From contig JAKBCY010000001.1 in assembly GCA_021807445.1 (NCBI GenBank), positions 1 to 62,893 of the forward strand: a stretch of DNA of 62,893 nucleotides. The letters run 5' to 3'. Positions 45,218 through 54,006 of this stretch are shown piece by piece (positions within the stretch are counted from its first letter, which is position 1; the number at the start of each line of letters is the position of its first letter). The notes beneath the pieces are model-generated. The model did no database searches and had not been told where the DNA came from. It was given only the letters and a program-made list of their open reading frames with translations. Position numbers and translations under genes: made by a program. This DNA comes from Pseudomonadota bacterium. GTDB taxonomy: Bacteria; Pseudomonadota; Gammaproteobacteria; Burkholderiales; Burkholderiaceae_C.

Positions 45218-47083
45218 TCAACTACCAGCGCTCAGCGGACGCACCGAACCAGGCACAATCTGCGCGCCCAAGTCTTCGACCAGTTGGCGCACAAGCGGAT
45301 CAGCGGTGATGGTTGCCTCAGCCTGCTGCTGACGCTGACTACGGGCGGCCGCGGCTCGAAGATGCGCACTGTCGTGCACCGGCCCCACCTCTATTTGCAA
45401 GGTGATCGGGCGGCCCAACGCATCGGCTAATGCCCCCTGTAATTTGTCCAGCGAACCGGCGCGCGCATACTGCTCACTCGGAACGCGTATGGTCCAGGCG
45501 TCGCCCTCAGCCCCGACCCATTCGCTTTGGAGCGCCATACTCCTCGCCAGGGCGGCGAGTTCAAGGCGCGCCGCCAGCGTGGGCCAATCGGCGTCAGGCC
45601 CAGGGAAGGCAAGCACGACGGCAGCGGGTTCAGGCAAGATTGCGACACCAACGGCCGGCACGCCCTGCTCTGCCGAATCAAGATCGGGCGTATCGTTTCG
45701 AGCCTCAGCATGACTCCCAGCCTCATGTTCCGGAAGGGTTGGAGCTACTGGCTCTGGTGGAGTGGATGCCTTTTCCAAAACGCCTCCGGCTCGCACAGAT
45801 TCCACCGGGTCAAGTGAAGACTGCTGCCCAACCAAGGCTGGCACCTCGATGTGAGATGCACGATGCGCCGCAATCGGAGCACTCGCCTGTGAATTAGCAC
45901 CAACAGGCGGCGCGCCTGCACTGGGAGACGCAATAACCGCGCGCGGCGCCGCGCCAAGCCCATTTTCCGGGCCTGGCGATGTAGCCACTGGCGCGAACGC
46001 CAGCAGACGCAAAAGCACCATGGTGAACCCCGCCAATTCGTCGGGCGCCAGTGCCAACTCGCTGCGACCGTGCAACACCATGCTGTACGCAAGCTGAACT
46101 GTTTCCGGACTTAGGGCATCCGCCAACGCTTGAATGTCTTTGGTGTCCGGGTCAGCGGCGTCTAACGCCTGTGGCACCACTTGCACCACTGCGATGCGCT
46201 GCAGCAGCGCTGCCAGATCCTCAAGAGCGGTGGACAGCGAAAGGCCGCGCGCATCCATATCGCCGCCTAGGCGCAACAACGCGACCCCATCACCCGCAGC
46301 CAAGGCGCCTACCAGACCAAACAAGTAGCCAGCATCCACCGAGCCCAGCATCTGCCGCACCGCTTCGAGTGTGACGTGGCCACCGCTGTAGGCAATCGCC
46401 TGGTCGGTAAGTGAAAGCGCATCGCGCATCGATCCGTGTGCGGCTCGGCCCAAAGCCTGCAATGCCACGGGTTCATACGCAGTGTGCTCTGCGCGCAACA
46501 CCCCATCAAGGTGCCCAGCGATGGCCGCTGGGGTCATCGACTTGAGGCTGAACTGCAGGCATCGGCTAAGTACCGTCACTGGCACCTTCTGAGGGTCCGT
46601 GGTGGCCAACACAAAAATCACGGAATCCGGCGGCTCTTCCAGAGTCTTCAACATAGCGTTGAAGGCATGGTTGGACAGCATGTGGACTTCGTCGATCATG
46701 TAAACCTTGAAACGCCCAGCAGTTGGCAGGTAGACGGCCTGCTCCAGTAGGCGAGTCATATCGTCTACGCCACGGTTCGAGGCGGCATCGAGCTCGATGT
46801 AATCGACAAAGCGACCCGCATCGATTTCGGAGCACGCCTGGCATACGCCGCACGGTTCGGCCGTGACTCCACCCTTGCCATCTGGCCCGGTGCAATTTAG
46901 AGACTTGGCCAGAATGCGGGCAATGGTGGTCTTGCCCACTCCACGCGTTCCTGTGAACAGGTATGCATGGTGCAGGCGGCGTTGTTCTAGCGCGTGCGTG
47001 AGGGCACGCACCACATGATCCTGGCCCACCAGGGTCGAGAAGGTTTTTGGGCGCCATTTGCGCGCCAGGACTGTACTGGACAT
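45218..47083 (-). CDS. dnaX: DNA polymerase III subunit gamma/tau
   Basis: LARKWRP, GTRGVGKTT, DEVHML, LKTLEEPP, SRC, GSMRDALS. Confidence 0.97.
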   Translation of the reverse strand: MSSTVLARKWRPKTFSTLVGQDHVVRALTHALEQRRLHHAYLFTGTRGVGKTTIARILAKSLNCTGPDGKGGVTAEPCGVCQACSEIDAGRFVDYIELDAASNRGVDDMTRLLEQAVYLPTAGRFKVYMIDEVHMLSNHAFNAMLKTLEEPPDSVIFVLATTDPQKVPVTVLSRCLQFSLKSMTPAAIAGHLDGVLRAEHTAYEPVALQALGRAAHGSMRDALSLTDQAIAYSGGHVTLEAVRQMLGSVDAGYLFGLVGALAAGDGVALLRLGGDMDARGLSLSTALEDLAALLQRIAVVQVVPQALDAADPDTKDIQALADALSPETVQLAYSMVLHGRSELALAPDELAGFTMVLLRLLAFAPVATSPGPENGLGAAPRAVIASPSAGAPPVGANSQASAPIAAHRASHIEVPALVGQQSSLDPVESVRAGGVLEKASTPPEPVAPTLPEHEAGSHAEARNDTPDLDSAEQGVPAVGVAILPEPAAVVLAFPGPDADWPTLAARLELAALARSMALQSEWVGAEGDAWTIRVPSEQYARAGSLDKLQGALADALGRPITLQIEVGPVHDSAHLRAAAARSQRQQQAEATITADPLVRQLVEDLGAQIVPGSVRPLSAGS

Positions 47084-47090
47084 GCGCTCG

Positions 47091-47096
47091 ATTGTA
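47091..47096 (-). promoter_or_regulatory. -10 element (TACAAT) of dnaX
   Basis: Minus strand TACAAT-CGAGCGC-ATG. Confidence 0.55.
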
Positions 47097-47154
47097 GGGG
47101 TCGGAAACTAGATCCCTGAAGCACAGCGCGACGGAGCGTCCCATCACAGGGCTA

Positions 47155-47160
47155 TACAAT
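47155..47160 (+). promoter_or_regulatory. -10 element (TACAAT) of SRP RNA
   Basis: TACAAT 5-7 nt upstream of the SRP RNA 5' end. Confidence 0.6.
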
Positions 47161-47165
47161 GACAA

Positions 47166-47265
47166 GTGACGGGCCGCCCCGCATTGCGGCGCGGTGAACT
47201 TGGTCAGGCCGGGAACGGAGCAGCCACAGCCGCTTACCGCAAGTGCCGGGGGTACGGCTCGTCAC
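47166..47265 (+). ncRNA. ffs: Signal recognition particle 4.5S RNA
   Basis: Helix-8 signature GGTCAGGCCGGGAACGGAGCAGCC. Terminal stem GTGACGGGCCG/CGGCTCGTCAC. Adjacent to dnaX. Confidence 0.93.
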
Positions 47266-47375
47266 CATCGATTCTGTCTCTTGGCCTCCTCTCGGAAGCA
47301 GAGCCTTCGCTGGCACCGATTTTTCTGCGATTGCCCATTCGCGCACAATGGTCGCGAAGATATGCACAATGTGGC

Positions 47376-48113
47376 ATGCAACGGAATCAGTACCCATTGA
47401 CGCATGCAGCAGCGCTCGGCGGCTTGTTGGCGTACGGATGCTTGGCCGGCTCCCAGTGCCTTGCCGCTCAGGTGCACGTGCCCTCTACGCGATCAACCCA
47501 CGTCGCAGTAGCGACAGAAGCTGGAAACCAGCGTGTGGGCCCAGACTTTGCCCCTTCGCGGGCGAGTGTCTCAAGCCGCATTGCCACCCAAGCTTGTCAG
47601 GCCGCTTTGCAACGTTATCCGTTGCATGTCAGCCTTCATCTCTCAAAACAAGGCCAAGGCTTTGACTTGCGCACCCTTTTTTTCGCGCCCGTGTCACCCC
47701 GCGTAGCGTGGCACGCCATGACTGATTACGACGCTATGGCGAGCTACATGCCAGGCATGCAGCGCAGCGAGGTTCTCGCAGAGAGCGGCAATACGCTTCA
47801 GGTCCTACAGGAGGGGCGCGCAGGCATTGCACCGTTCCGAGTGAACCTACGCAGTCAGTTGACGATCACATTGCAAAGACACGCGGCAAGCTGGGTGACG
47901 ACCGGCGGCAACCTTGATTCGCGAGGTAACGCCTACGTGTCCGCCCATGACGGGGGAAGCGCAGTGACCTACGCCGCTCATATCCTGCCCAGGGTCTGGA
48001 TTCCTCCGCTGCTGGGGCCGTGGCTCATGCACGCACAATTGAAACGCCAGATGCTCGCCCTGCGTGGACACATGTGCGCATTGCTAAGCGGGCAGACTGT
48101 GGTGACGCGTTGA
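47376..48113 (+). CDS. SRPBCC/polyketide-cyclase-like protein with putative signal peptide
   Basis: AWHAMTDYDAMASYMPGMQRSEVL and C-terminal PRVWIPPLLGP..M..Q..L resemble SRPBCC folds. Hydrophobic N-terminus. Start set at ATG 47376, downstream of ffs. Confidence 0.65.
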   Translation: MQRNQYPLTHAAALGGLLAYGCLAGSQCLAAQVHVPSTRSTHVAVATEAGNQRVGPDFAPSRASVSSRIATQACQAALQRYPLHVSLHLSKQGQGFDLRTLFFAPVSPRVAWHAMTDYDAMASYMPGMQRSEVLAESGNTLQVLQEGRAGIAPFRVNLRSQLTITLQRHAASWVTTGGNLDSRGNAYVSAHDGGSAVTYAAHILPRVWIPPLLGPWLMHAQLKRQMLALRGHMCALLSGQTVVTR

Positions 48114-48407
48114 AGGAGCGACGATCTGTCGGTCCTGCGCGGGGCAAGTTGTACCTGTCGCTCGCGACCTGACGCTAGGTCGGGCAGTCATCGGCCAGCC
48201 CCGCTCATTTGGCGGGGCGTTACCATGTGGTCAACGGAAAAAGTGCTGATCTCGCGCAACCATATCGCAATCTCACGCACGCCGTTCAGCCAGGAATGCG
48301 AATTCGGGGTTAAATAGAGGGTGTTGACGGGTTCTTCCCCTTCAATCGACCATTTGCATTGGCTGCGCCCCGGCGGCAGAGCCGGCGCTTTCTGATCAGG
48401 AATTCAC

Positions 48408-48734
48408 ATGAGCGATCTCATCAAACACACCACCGATGCGTCCTTTGACCAAGACGTCCTCAAATCCGCCACCCCAGTGCTGATTGACTACTGGGCCGAG
48501 TGGTGCGGCCCCTGCCGCATGGTGGCTCCCATCCTTGATGAGATCGCAGGCGAATATCAGGGGCGTCTGAATGTCATGAAGGTCAATGTCGACGAGAATC
48601 GCTCGATTCCAGCAAAATATGGCATTCGCGGCATCCCCACACTTATGCTGTTCAAGAACGGCGAGGTCGCGGCCACGAAGGTGGGCGCACTATCGAAGTC
48701 CCAACTGACGTCTTTCTTGGACGCCAATATATAA
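48408..48734 (+). CDS. trxA: Thioredoxin
   Basis: [16 protein letters not shown]. Confidence 0.98.
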   Translation: MSDLIKHTTDASFDQDVLKSATPVLIDYWAEWCGPCRMVAPILDEIAGEYQGRLNVMKVNVDENRSIPAKYGIRGIPTLMLFKNGEVAATKVGALSKSQLTSFLDANI

Positions 48735-48746
48735 TTTGCGTTTGCA

Positions 48747-48772
48747 CACATGGCAGAGATCTCTGCCATGTG
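48747..48772. repeat. Perfect 26-bp palindrome
   Basis: CACATGGCAGAGA|TCTCTGCCATGTG, checked base by base. Confidence 0.9.
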
Positions 48773-48994
48773 GTTGAGATCCCGGCTCAAATCGGGTCTC
48801 TTCGACGACCTCATGTGTTCATGAGCGTCTGATGTACGGCCTGACAGGCCGGCATTCCCTACAGATCCGACCCCTTTTTGCGTTCTGTCACGCGCCTGAT
48901 CCAGGCCGAGATTGCCGGATTCCGATCTCGGACTCCCAATCCAGCGCCTGGGATAACGCACACCCCACATCTCCCCTCGCCTCACCCGCCTGCC

Positions 48995-50257
48995 ATGCAC
49001 CTGTCTGAACTCAAAGCGATGCACGTCTCCCAGTTGCTCGAAATGGCAACGAGCCTGGAGATCGAGAACGCTAGCCGCCTGCGCAAGCAGGAGCTCATGT
49101 TCGCCATCCTCAAGCGCCGCGCCCGCACAGGTGAGCAAGTCTTTGGCGATGGGGTGATGGAGGTGCTGCCAGATGGATTCGGTTTCCTGCGTGCGCCAGA
49201 GTCGAATTATCTCGGATCACCGGACGACATTTATATCTCACCGAGCCAGATTCGGCGGTTCAACTTGCACACTGGCGACTCGATTGAAGGCGAGGTGCGC
49301 GTACCGAAAGACGGCGAGCGCTATTTTGCGCTTGTGAAGGTGGACCGGGTCAATGGGGTTACGCCCGAAGAAAACAAGAACAAAATCATGTTCGAGAACT
49401 TGACGCCGCTGTTCCCCACGGAACACCTCAAGCTCGAACGCGATATCCGCGCCGAGGAAAACATTATCGGGCGTGTCATTGACATCATCGCCCCGATTGG
49501 CAAGGGACAGCGTGCATTGTTGGTCGCACCGCCCAAGAGCGGAAAGACCGTGATGCTTCAATCCATCGCGCATGCCATTACGGCCAACCACCCAGAGGTT
49601 GTCCTGATTGTGCTGTTGATTGACGAGCGCCCTGAGGAGGTGACGGAAATGCAACGCTCCGTCAAGGGGGAAGTTGTCAGTTCGACGTTTGATGAACCTG
49701 CCTTGAGACACGTACAGGTTGCGGAGATGGTCATTGAAAAGGCCAAACGCCTTGTTGAGCTCAAGAAAGACGTCGTCATCCTGCTCGATTCAATCACTCG
49801 GCTTGCGCGCGCCTACAACACTGTGGTGCCCGCCTCAGGTAAGGTACTGACGGGCGGTGTGGATGCCAACGCGCTGCAACGCCCCAAGCGTTTTTTTGGC
49901 GCGGCACGCAATATTGAAGAAGGCGGGTCTCTGACCATCATTGGCAGTGCGCTGACGGATACCGGAAGCCGTATGGATGAGGTGATTTACGAGGAATTTA
50001 AGGGCACCGGCAACATGGAAATCCACTTGGAACGCCGCTTGGCGGAAAAGCGCGTGTATCCCGCCATCCTGCTCAATCGATCGGGCACGCGCCGCGAGGA
50101 GCTCCTGCTGAAATCCGACATCTTGCAAAAGGCCTGGATCTTGCGCAAATTGCTCTATCCGATGGACGAAATTGAAGCGATGGAGTTTTTGCTTGAGAAA
50201 ATGAAACAGACGAAGAACAACGCTGAGTTCTTCGACATGATGCGCAGGGGAGGATGA
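48995..50257 (+). CDS. rho: Transcription termination factor Rho
   Basis: [47 protein letters not shown]. Confidence 0.98.
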   Translation: MHLSELKAMHVSQLLEMATSLEIENASRLRKQELMFAILKRRARTGEQVFGDGVMEVLPDGFGFLRAPESNYLGSPDDIYISPSQIRRFNLHTGDSIEGEVRVPKDGERYFALVKVDRVNGVTPEENKNKIMFENLTPLFPTEHLKLERDIRAEENIIGRVIDIIAPIGKGQRALLVAPPKSGKTVMLQSIAHAITANHPEVVLIVLLIDERPEEVTEMQRSVKGEVVSSTFDEPALRHVQVAEMVIEKAKRLVELKKDVVILLDSITRLARAYNTVVPASGKVLTGGVDANALQRPKRFFGAARNIEEGGSLTIIGSALTDTGSRMDEVIYEEFKGTGNMEIHLERRLAEKRVYPAILLNRSGTRREELLLKSDILQKAWILRKLLYPMDEIEAMEFLLEKMKQTKNNAEFFDMMRRGG

Positions 50258-50418
50258 GAGGCACGGAGCGATTTTCCCCATGTGACCGGCCGCCCGACAG
50301 CCATCGGCTTTCGCGGCAGGATGAATTCGTGAAATAATTACGGTTTTGGTTAAGTACAGCGGGCACGCATCATCCCTTGTTGTCTGCGCTGCGGCTGACC
50401 TTCATTTTGGAATCGACT

Positions 50419-50685
50419 ATGAAACCTGGAATCCACCCCGAATATCGCGACGTATGCTTTGTCGATCTGTCGAACGGCAGCAAATTCGTGATCCCCTCGA
50501 CCGCGCAAAGTCGCGAATCCGTCAAGATGGAAGATGGCCGTGAGCTCCCACTGTTCAAGCTTGACACTTCGTCGGAATCGCATCCTTTCTACACCGGCAC
50601 CCAAAAGAGCGTGGATGCATTGGGCGGCCGTGTGGACAAGTTCCGCCAAAAATTCGCGCGAGCCGCCGCTAGCGCGAAGAAGTAA
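50419..50685 (+). CDS. rpmE2: 50S ribosomal protein L31 type B (zinc-independent)
   Basis: MKPGIHPEY, SSESHPFYTG, GRVDKF. No CxC/CxxC zinc motif. Confidence 0.93.
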   Translation: MKPGIHPEYRDVCFVDLSNGSKFVIPSTAQSRESVKMEDGRELPLFKLDTSSESHPFYTGTQKSVDALGGRVDKFRQKFARAAASAKK

Positions 50686-50737
50686 AACACCGCGCTTTTG
50701 CAACGTGTCGGCAGGCGACGCGTTGCGCATCCACAAG

Positions 50738-50765
50738 ACGGGCAGCCTGGCTGCCCGTTTTTTTT
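50738..50765 (+). terminator. Intrinsic terminator after L31
   Basis: ACGGGCAGC-CTG-GCTGCCCGT followed by a T run. Confidence 0.85.
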
Positions 50766-50800
50766 GACCCGTATTCAATCGCCGCCCTGCGGCCCGGATC

Positions 50801-52558
50801 ATGAGCACGCCGAACGCCATTCCTGGCCAAGAGAGATTGCCAGCGCGCCCAGTGGTCTCGCCTGAAGCCGTGGCAAGGCTCCCGCGCTGGCCGCTATGGC
50901 TACTGTGCGTGGCGTATGTTCTACCTGGATTCATCGGCCGCGATCCCTGGAAAGGAGATGGCTTGGCTTTCGGGGTCATGTGGCAGATAGCGCAGGGGCA
51001 TTCGCACTGGCTAACACCAACGCTGTATGGTCAGGCGGTCGGGGGGGGATGGCTGCCATACTGGATGGGGGCCATCAGCGTGCGAGCGTTTGGTTCCTGG
51101 ATCGGGGCTATCGATGCGAGCCGCGTGCCCTTCGTCGCCATGCTCGGGTTTACCTTGATTCAAACTTGGTACGCGGCTTACCATTTCACGCTGCGCGACA
51201 CGGCGCAGCCCGTTCAGCCCGCCTTTGCAGCGCCAATCTCAGCGCGCAACTATGCGAGGGCCATGGCGGATGGGGCGCTACTCAGCCTAGTCGCTTGCCT
51301 CGGTTTGCTCGGTAGGGGGCATGAAACGATTCCCGAGTTGGTGCAACTCGGCGGCTTCACATCGGTGCTTCTGGGGCTATCACTGCTTCCCGCGAATGCG
51401 CAGCGAGCTTCCGCAACGCTGCTCGGTGGACTCTTGATTCTTGCCGGCAGCGGAGCCCCATGGCTTGCGCTGTTCGCGGCACTGACTGCCGCGATCCTCG
51501 CCGTGCGTCACACAGCCGTTAGCAAACCGCTAATCCCGGGATTAGCCCTCGCGGCCGGCATCACCGCAGCCATTGCAGTTTTGCTCATGTTGCATGGCGA
51601 ATCCGCTGCACAGTGGCCAAGCTGGGGCGCGCTCCAGCATTTTTTCGGAACGGTTGCATGGTTCATGTGGCCAGCTTGGCCGTTGGCGGCCTGGGCTGTG
51701 TGGCGGTGGCGGGAATCGCTCGGAGAATGGCATGTGCTTGCGCCGTTTACGCTGCTGGTGTTGACCACGTTTTCTGCGATGCTTGCAGCGGGCAATGCGG
51801 CTACGCTGGTGCTAGCTCTGCCACCGGCGGCTGTGCTAGCGGCTCTGGCATTGCCAGTGATGCGTCGCGGCAGTTTGGCTGCGCTCGACTGGTTCTCGCT
51901 CATGTTCTTCAGCCTGATGGCGCTGGTCGTGTGGGTGCTGTGGCTGGCTATGCTGACCGGCTTTCCGAGCAAGCCTGCTGCCAACATTGCACGCCTTGCA
52001 CCGGGTTTCGTCGCGCATTTTTCATGGTGGCCCACAATCCTCTCCGTCATCGCCACGCTGGGTTGGGCGACCGTGGTGTTCTGGCGCGCTGGGCGGCACC
52101 GGCACCCATTGTGGAAGGGCATGGTGTTGTCAGCTGGCGGGGTCACCTTGGTGTGGGTTTTGGTTGCTCTGCTTTGGCTGCCCGTCATGAATTACGTCAG
52201 CACCTACCGACCGCTGGCCCTGCGTCTAGCCGCCGTGCTGCGTGAGCAACAGGGGTCGCAGCAAACGGCGCCATGTGTGCAAACCTTGGGACTCAATCAG
52301 CCCCAACAAGCGTTGGTGGGATATTTCAGCGGCGCTGCATTGATTCCCGGACTAAGAGGAGGACGCTGCCCCTTAGCTCTTGTGCTTAGGCCCGCGCATG
52401 CCGTTGCGCCCCACGACATCCAGCACGTGCCTGAGCACATGGACAGCGAAATCCGCGCCATGCGTCAGGCGGAACGAGGCCTTCTGCTCTGGAACGGACA
52501 TCGACCAGGGGAGACCGATGAGAACATGCGCCTTTACAGTAAATCTGCCGCGAAGTGA
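50801..52558 (+). CDS. ArnT/PMT-like membrane glycosyltransferase (GT-C fold)
   Basis: YVLPGFIGRDPWK, multiple TMs, WPAWPLA, DWFS. Follows L31 as I recall for Burkholderiales. Confidence 0.72.
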   Translation: MSTPNAIPGQERLPARPVVSPEAVARLPRWPLWLLCVAYVLPGFIGRDPWKGDGLAFGVMWQIAQGHSHWLTPTLYGQAVGGGWLPYWMGAISVRAFGSWIGAIDASRVPFVAMLGFTLIQTWYAAYHFTLRDTAQPVQPAFAAPISARNYARAMADGALLSLVACLGLLGRGHETIPELVQLGGFTSVLLGLSLLPANAQRASATLLGGLLILAGSGAPWLALFAALTAAILAVRHTAVSKPLIPGLALAAGITAAIAVLLMLHGESAAQWPSWGALQHFFGTVAWFMWPAWPLAAWAVWRWRESLGEWHVLAPFTLLVLTTFSAMLAAGNAATLVLALPPAAVLAALALPVMRRGSLAALDWFSLMFFSLMALVVWVLWLAMLTGFPSKPAANIARLAPGFVAHFSWWPTILSVIATLGWATVVFWRAGRHRHPLWKGMVLSAGGVTLVWVLVALLWLPVMNYVSTYRPLALRLAAVLREQQGSQQTAPCVQTLGLNQPQQALVGYFSGAALIPGLRGGRCPLALVLRPAHAVAPHDIQHVPEHMDSEIRAMRQAERGLLLWNGHRPGETDENMRLYSKSAAK

Positions 52559-52612
52559 AGCCTGTTCCCTGCATGCTTTCCTCCACGCCTGTGACAGGGG
52601 TCTAACCACACC

Positions 52613-53983
52613 ATGTCGCAACCTGAACGCTTCCCAGGGCAATCGATCATTTCGCTGCTTCGTCTGGCTGCCGGTGTCCTGATCGGCCAACTCGCCATCA
52701 TCGGCTTTGGCGTAGCCGATACGGTCATGCTTGGCCGGTACGCCGACACCGCAAACCTAGCCACCTTGTCGCTCGGGCAGTCCATTTACGTCACAATGTT
52801 CGTTGCCCTTTCGGGGGTAACGCAAGCGCTGATTCCAGCCTTTGGTCGAGCGTACGGCGCCGATTCGCCGCAACTCTTAAGCGACGCGTTCCGGCAAGGG
52901 ATATGGCTTGCCGTCATGCTTTGTATGCTGGGTCTCGTGGTGCTGGTCTGGCCTGCTCCTTTGCTGCAACTCACCGGTAATCGGCATGATCCATCGGTCG
53001 ATCTCTACCTGCGAATTTTGGCTTTGGGCCTGCCGGCAGCCCTTTTTTTCAGGGTCCATACGGCGCTTAGCCAGGCCATAGCAAAACCGCTCCTGGTCAC
53101 GCTGCTTCAAGTCGCTGCGCTATTGCTCAAAGTGGCGCTCAACGCCCTCTTTTTGCTTCCCGCGTACTTTGGTGTGCATCACAACCCAGCGCTCGGATCC
53201 GCAGGATGCGCTATTGCCACTGTTGTCACGCAATGGCTGCTTGTGGGTATCGCCATCCTGCAGCACCAGCGCGGCCGCACCCTTCGCTCCTACAAAGCGC
53301 TGCGCCGTTGGGAATGGCCGAATTGGGCGCAACAACGGGCGCTCTGGCGTCTAGGCGGCCCGATCGGCCTCGGACTTTTGGTTGAAGTCTCCGCCTTTAC
53401 ATGTATGGCCCTTTTCATTGCCAGGTTGGGCGACACTCAACTGGCAGGACACCAGATTGCCGCCAATTTCGCCACCGTGCTGTATATGGTGCCACTGTCG
53501 GTTTCCATTGCCGCCGCATCTCTGGTGGCGCAACAGCTAGGTGCTGGCCACGTACGCGCGGCTCGCCATGCCGCCTGGGGTGGGGTCGGAGCGGCGACCG
53601 TGCTTTCAGCGGGAACGGGCGCGATGGTGTGGCTCGAGCGCATGCGGATCATCACCTGGTACACGCCCGATCCCGGCGTGCAGATTGTGGCGAGCCATCT
53701 TTTTGTGTTCATCGCCTCGTATCAAATATTTGACGCCGTTCAGGCCTGCAGCGCCTTCGTGCTTCGCTCCTATCACATCGCTTCCCTGCCCAGCGCCTTG
53801 TATGCTTTTTCGTTATGGGGCGTTGGCTTGGGAGGAGGTTACGTACTGGCCTTCAACACACTGGGCCTTCACGCGCCAGCCTTTCAGGGCGCAGCCGGAT
53901 TTTGGATGGGCAACTCGGCAGGGCTGGCGCTCGCTGCTGGCAGCTTAGCTTGGCTATTGTGGCGTGTAACGCGTAGACCTTAA
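52613..53983 (+). CDS. MATE-family efflux transporter (NorM-like)
   Basis: DTVMLGR, LGGPIG..LLVEV.AF, LAGHQIA.N, YQIFDAVQ. About 12 TMs. Confidence 0.92.
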   Translation: MSQPERFPGQSIISLLRLAAGVLIGQLAIIGFGVADTVMLGRYADTANLATLSLGQSIYVTMFVALSGVTQALIPAFGRAYGADSPQLLSDAFRQGIWLAVMLCMLGLVVLVWPAPLLQLTGNRHDPSVDLYLRILALGLPAALFFRVHTALSQAIAKPLLVTLLQVAALLLKVALNALFLLPAYFGVHHNPALGSAGCAIATVVTQWLLVGIAILQHQRGRTLRSYKALRRWEWPNWAQQRALWRLGGPIGLGLLVEVSAFTCMALFIARLGDTQLAGHQIAANFATVLYMVPLSVSIAAASLVAQQLGAGHVRAARHAAWGGVGAATVLSAGTGAMVWLERMRIITWYTPDPGVQIVASHLFVFIASYQIFDAVQACSAFVLRSYHIASLPSALYAFSLWGVGLGGGYVLAFNTLGLHAPAFQGAAGFWMGNSAGLALAAGSLAWLLWRVTRRP

Positions 53984-54006
53984 ACCATCGGGGTGCGCCG
54001 ATTTGC

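Noticed and set aside
45218-46000. Programmed -1 frameshift in dnaX (gamma/tau)
   Set aside because: No A AAA AAG or long A-run slippery site found in the linker region.
47166-47375. N-terminal 70 codons of the 315-aa track ORF
   Set aside because: They overlap the SRP RNA. The true CDS most likely starts at ATG 47376.
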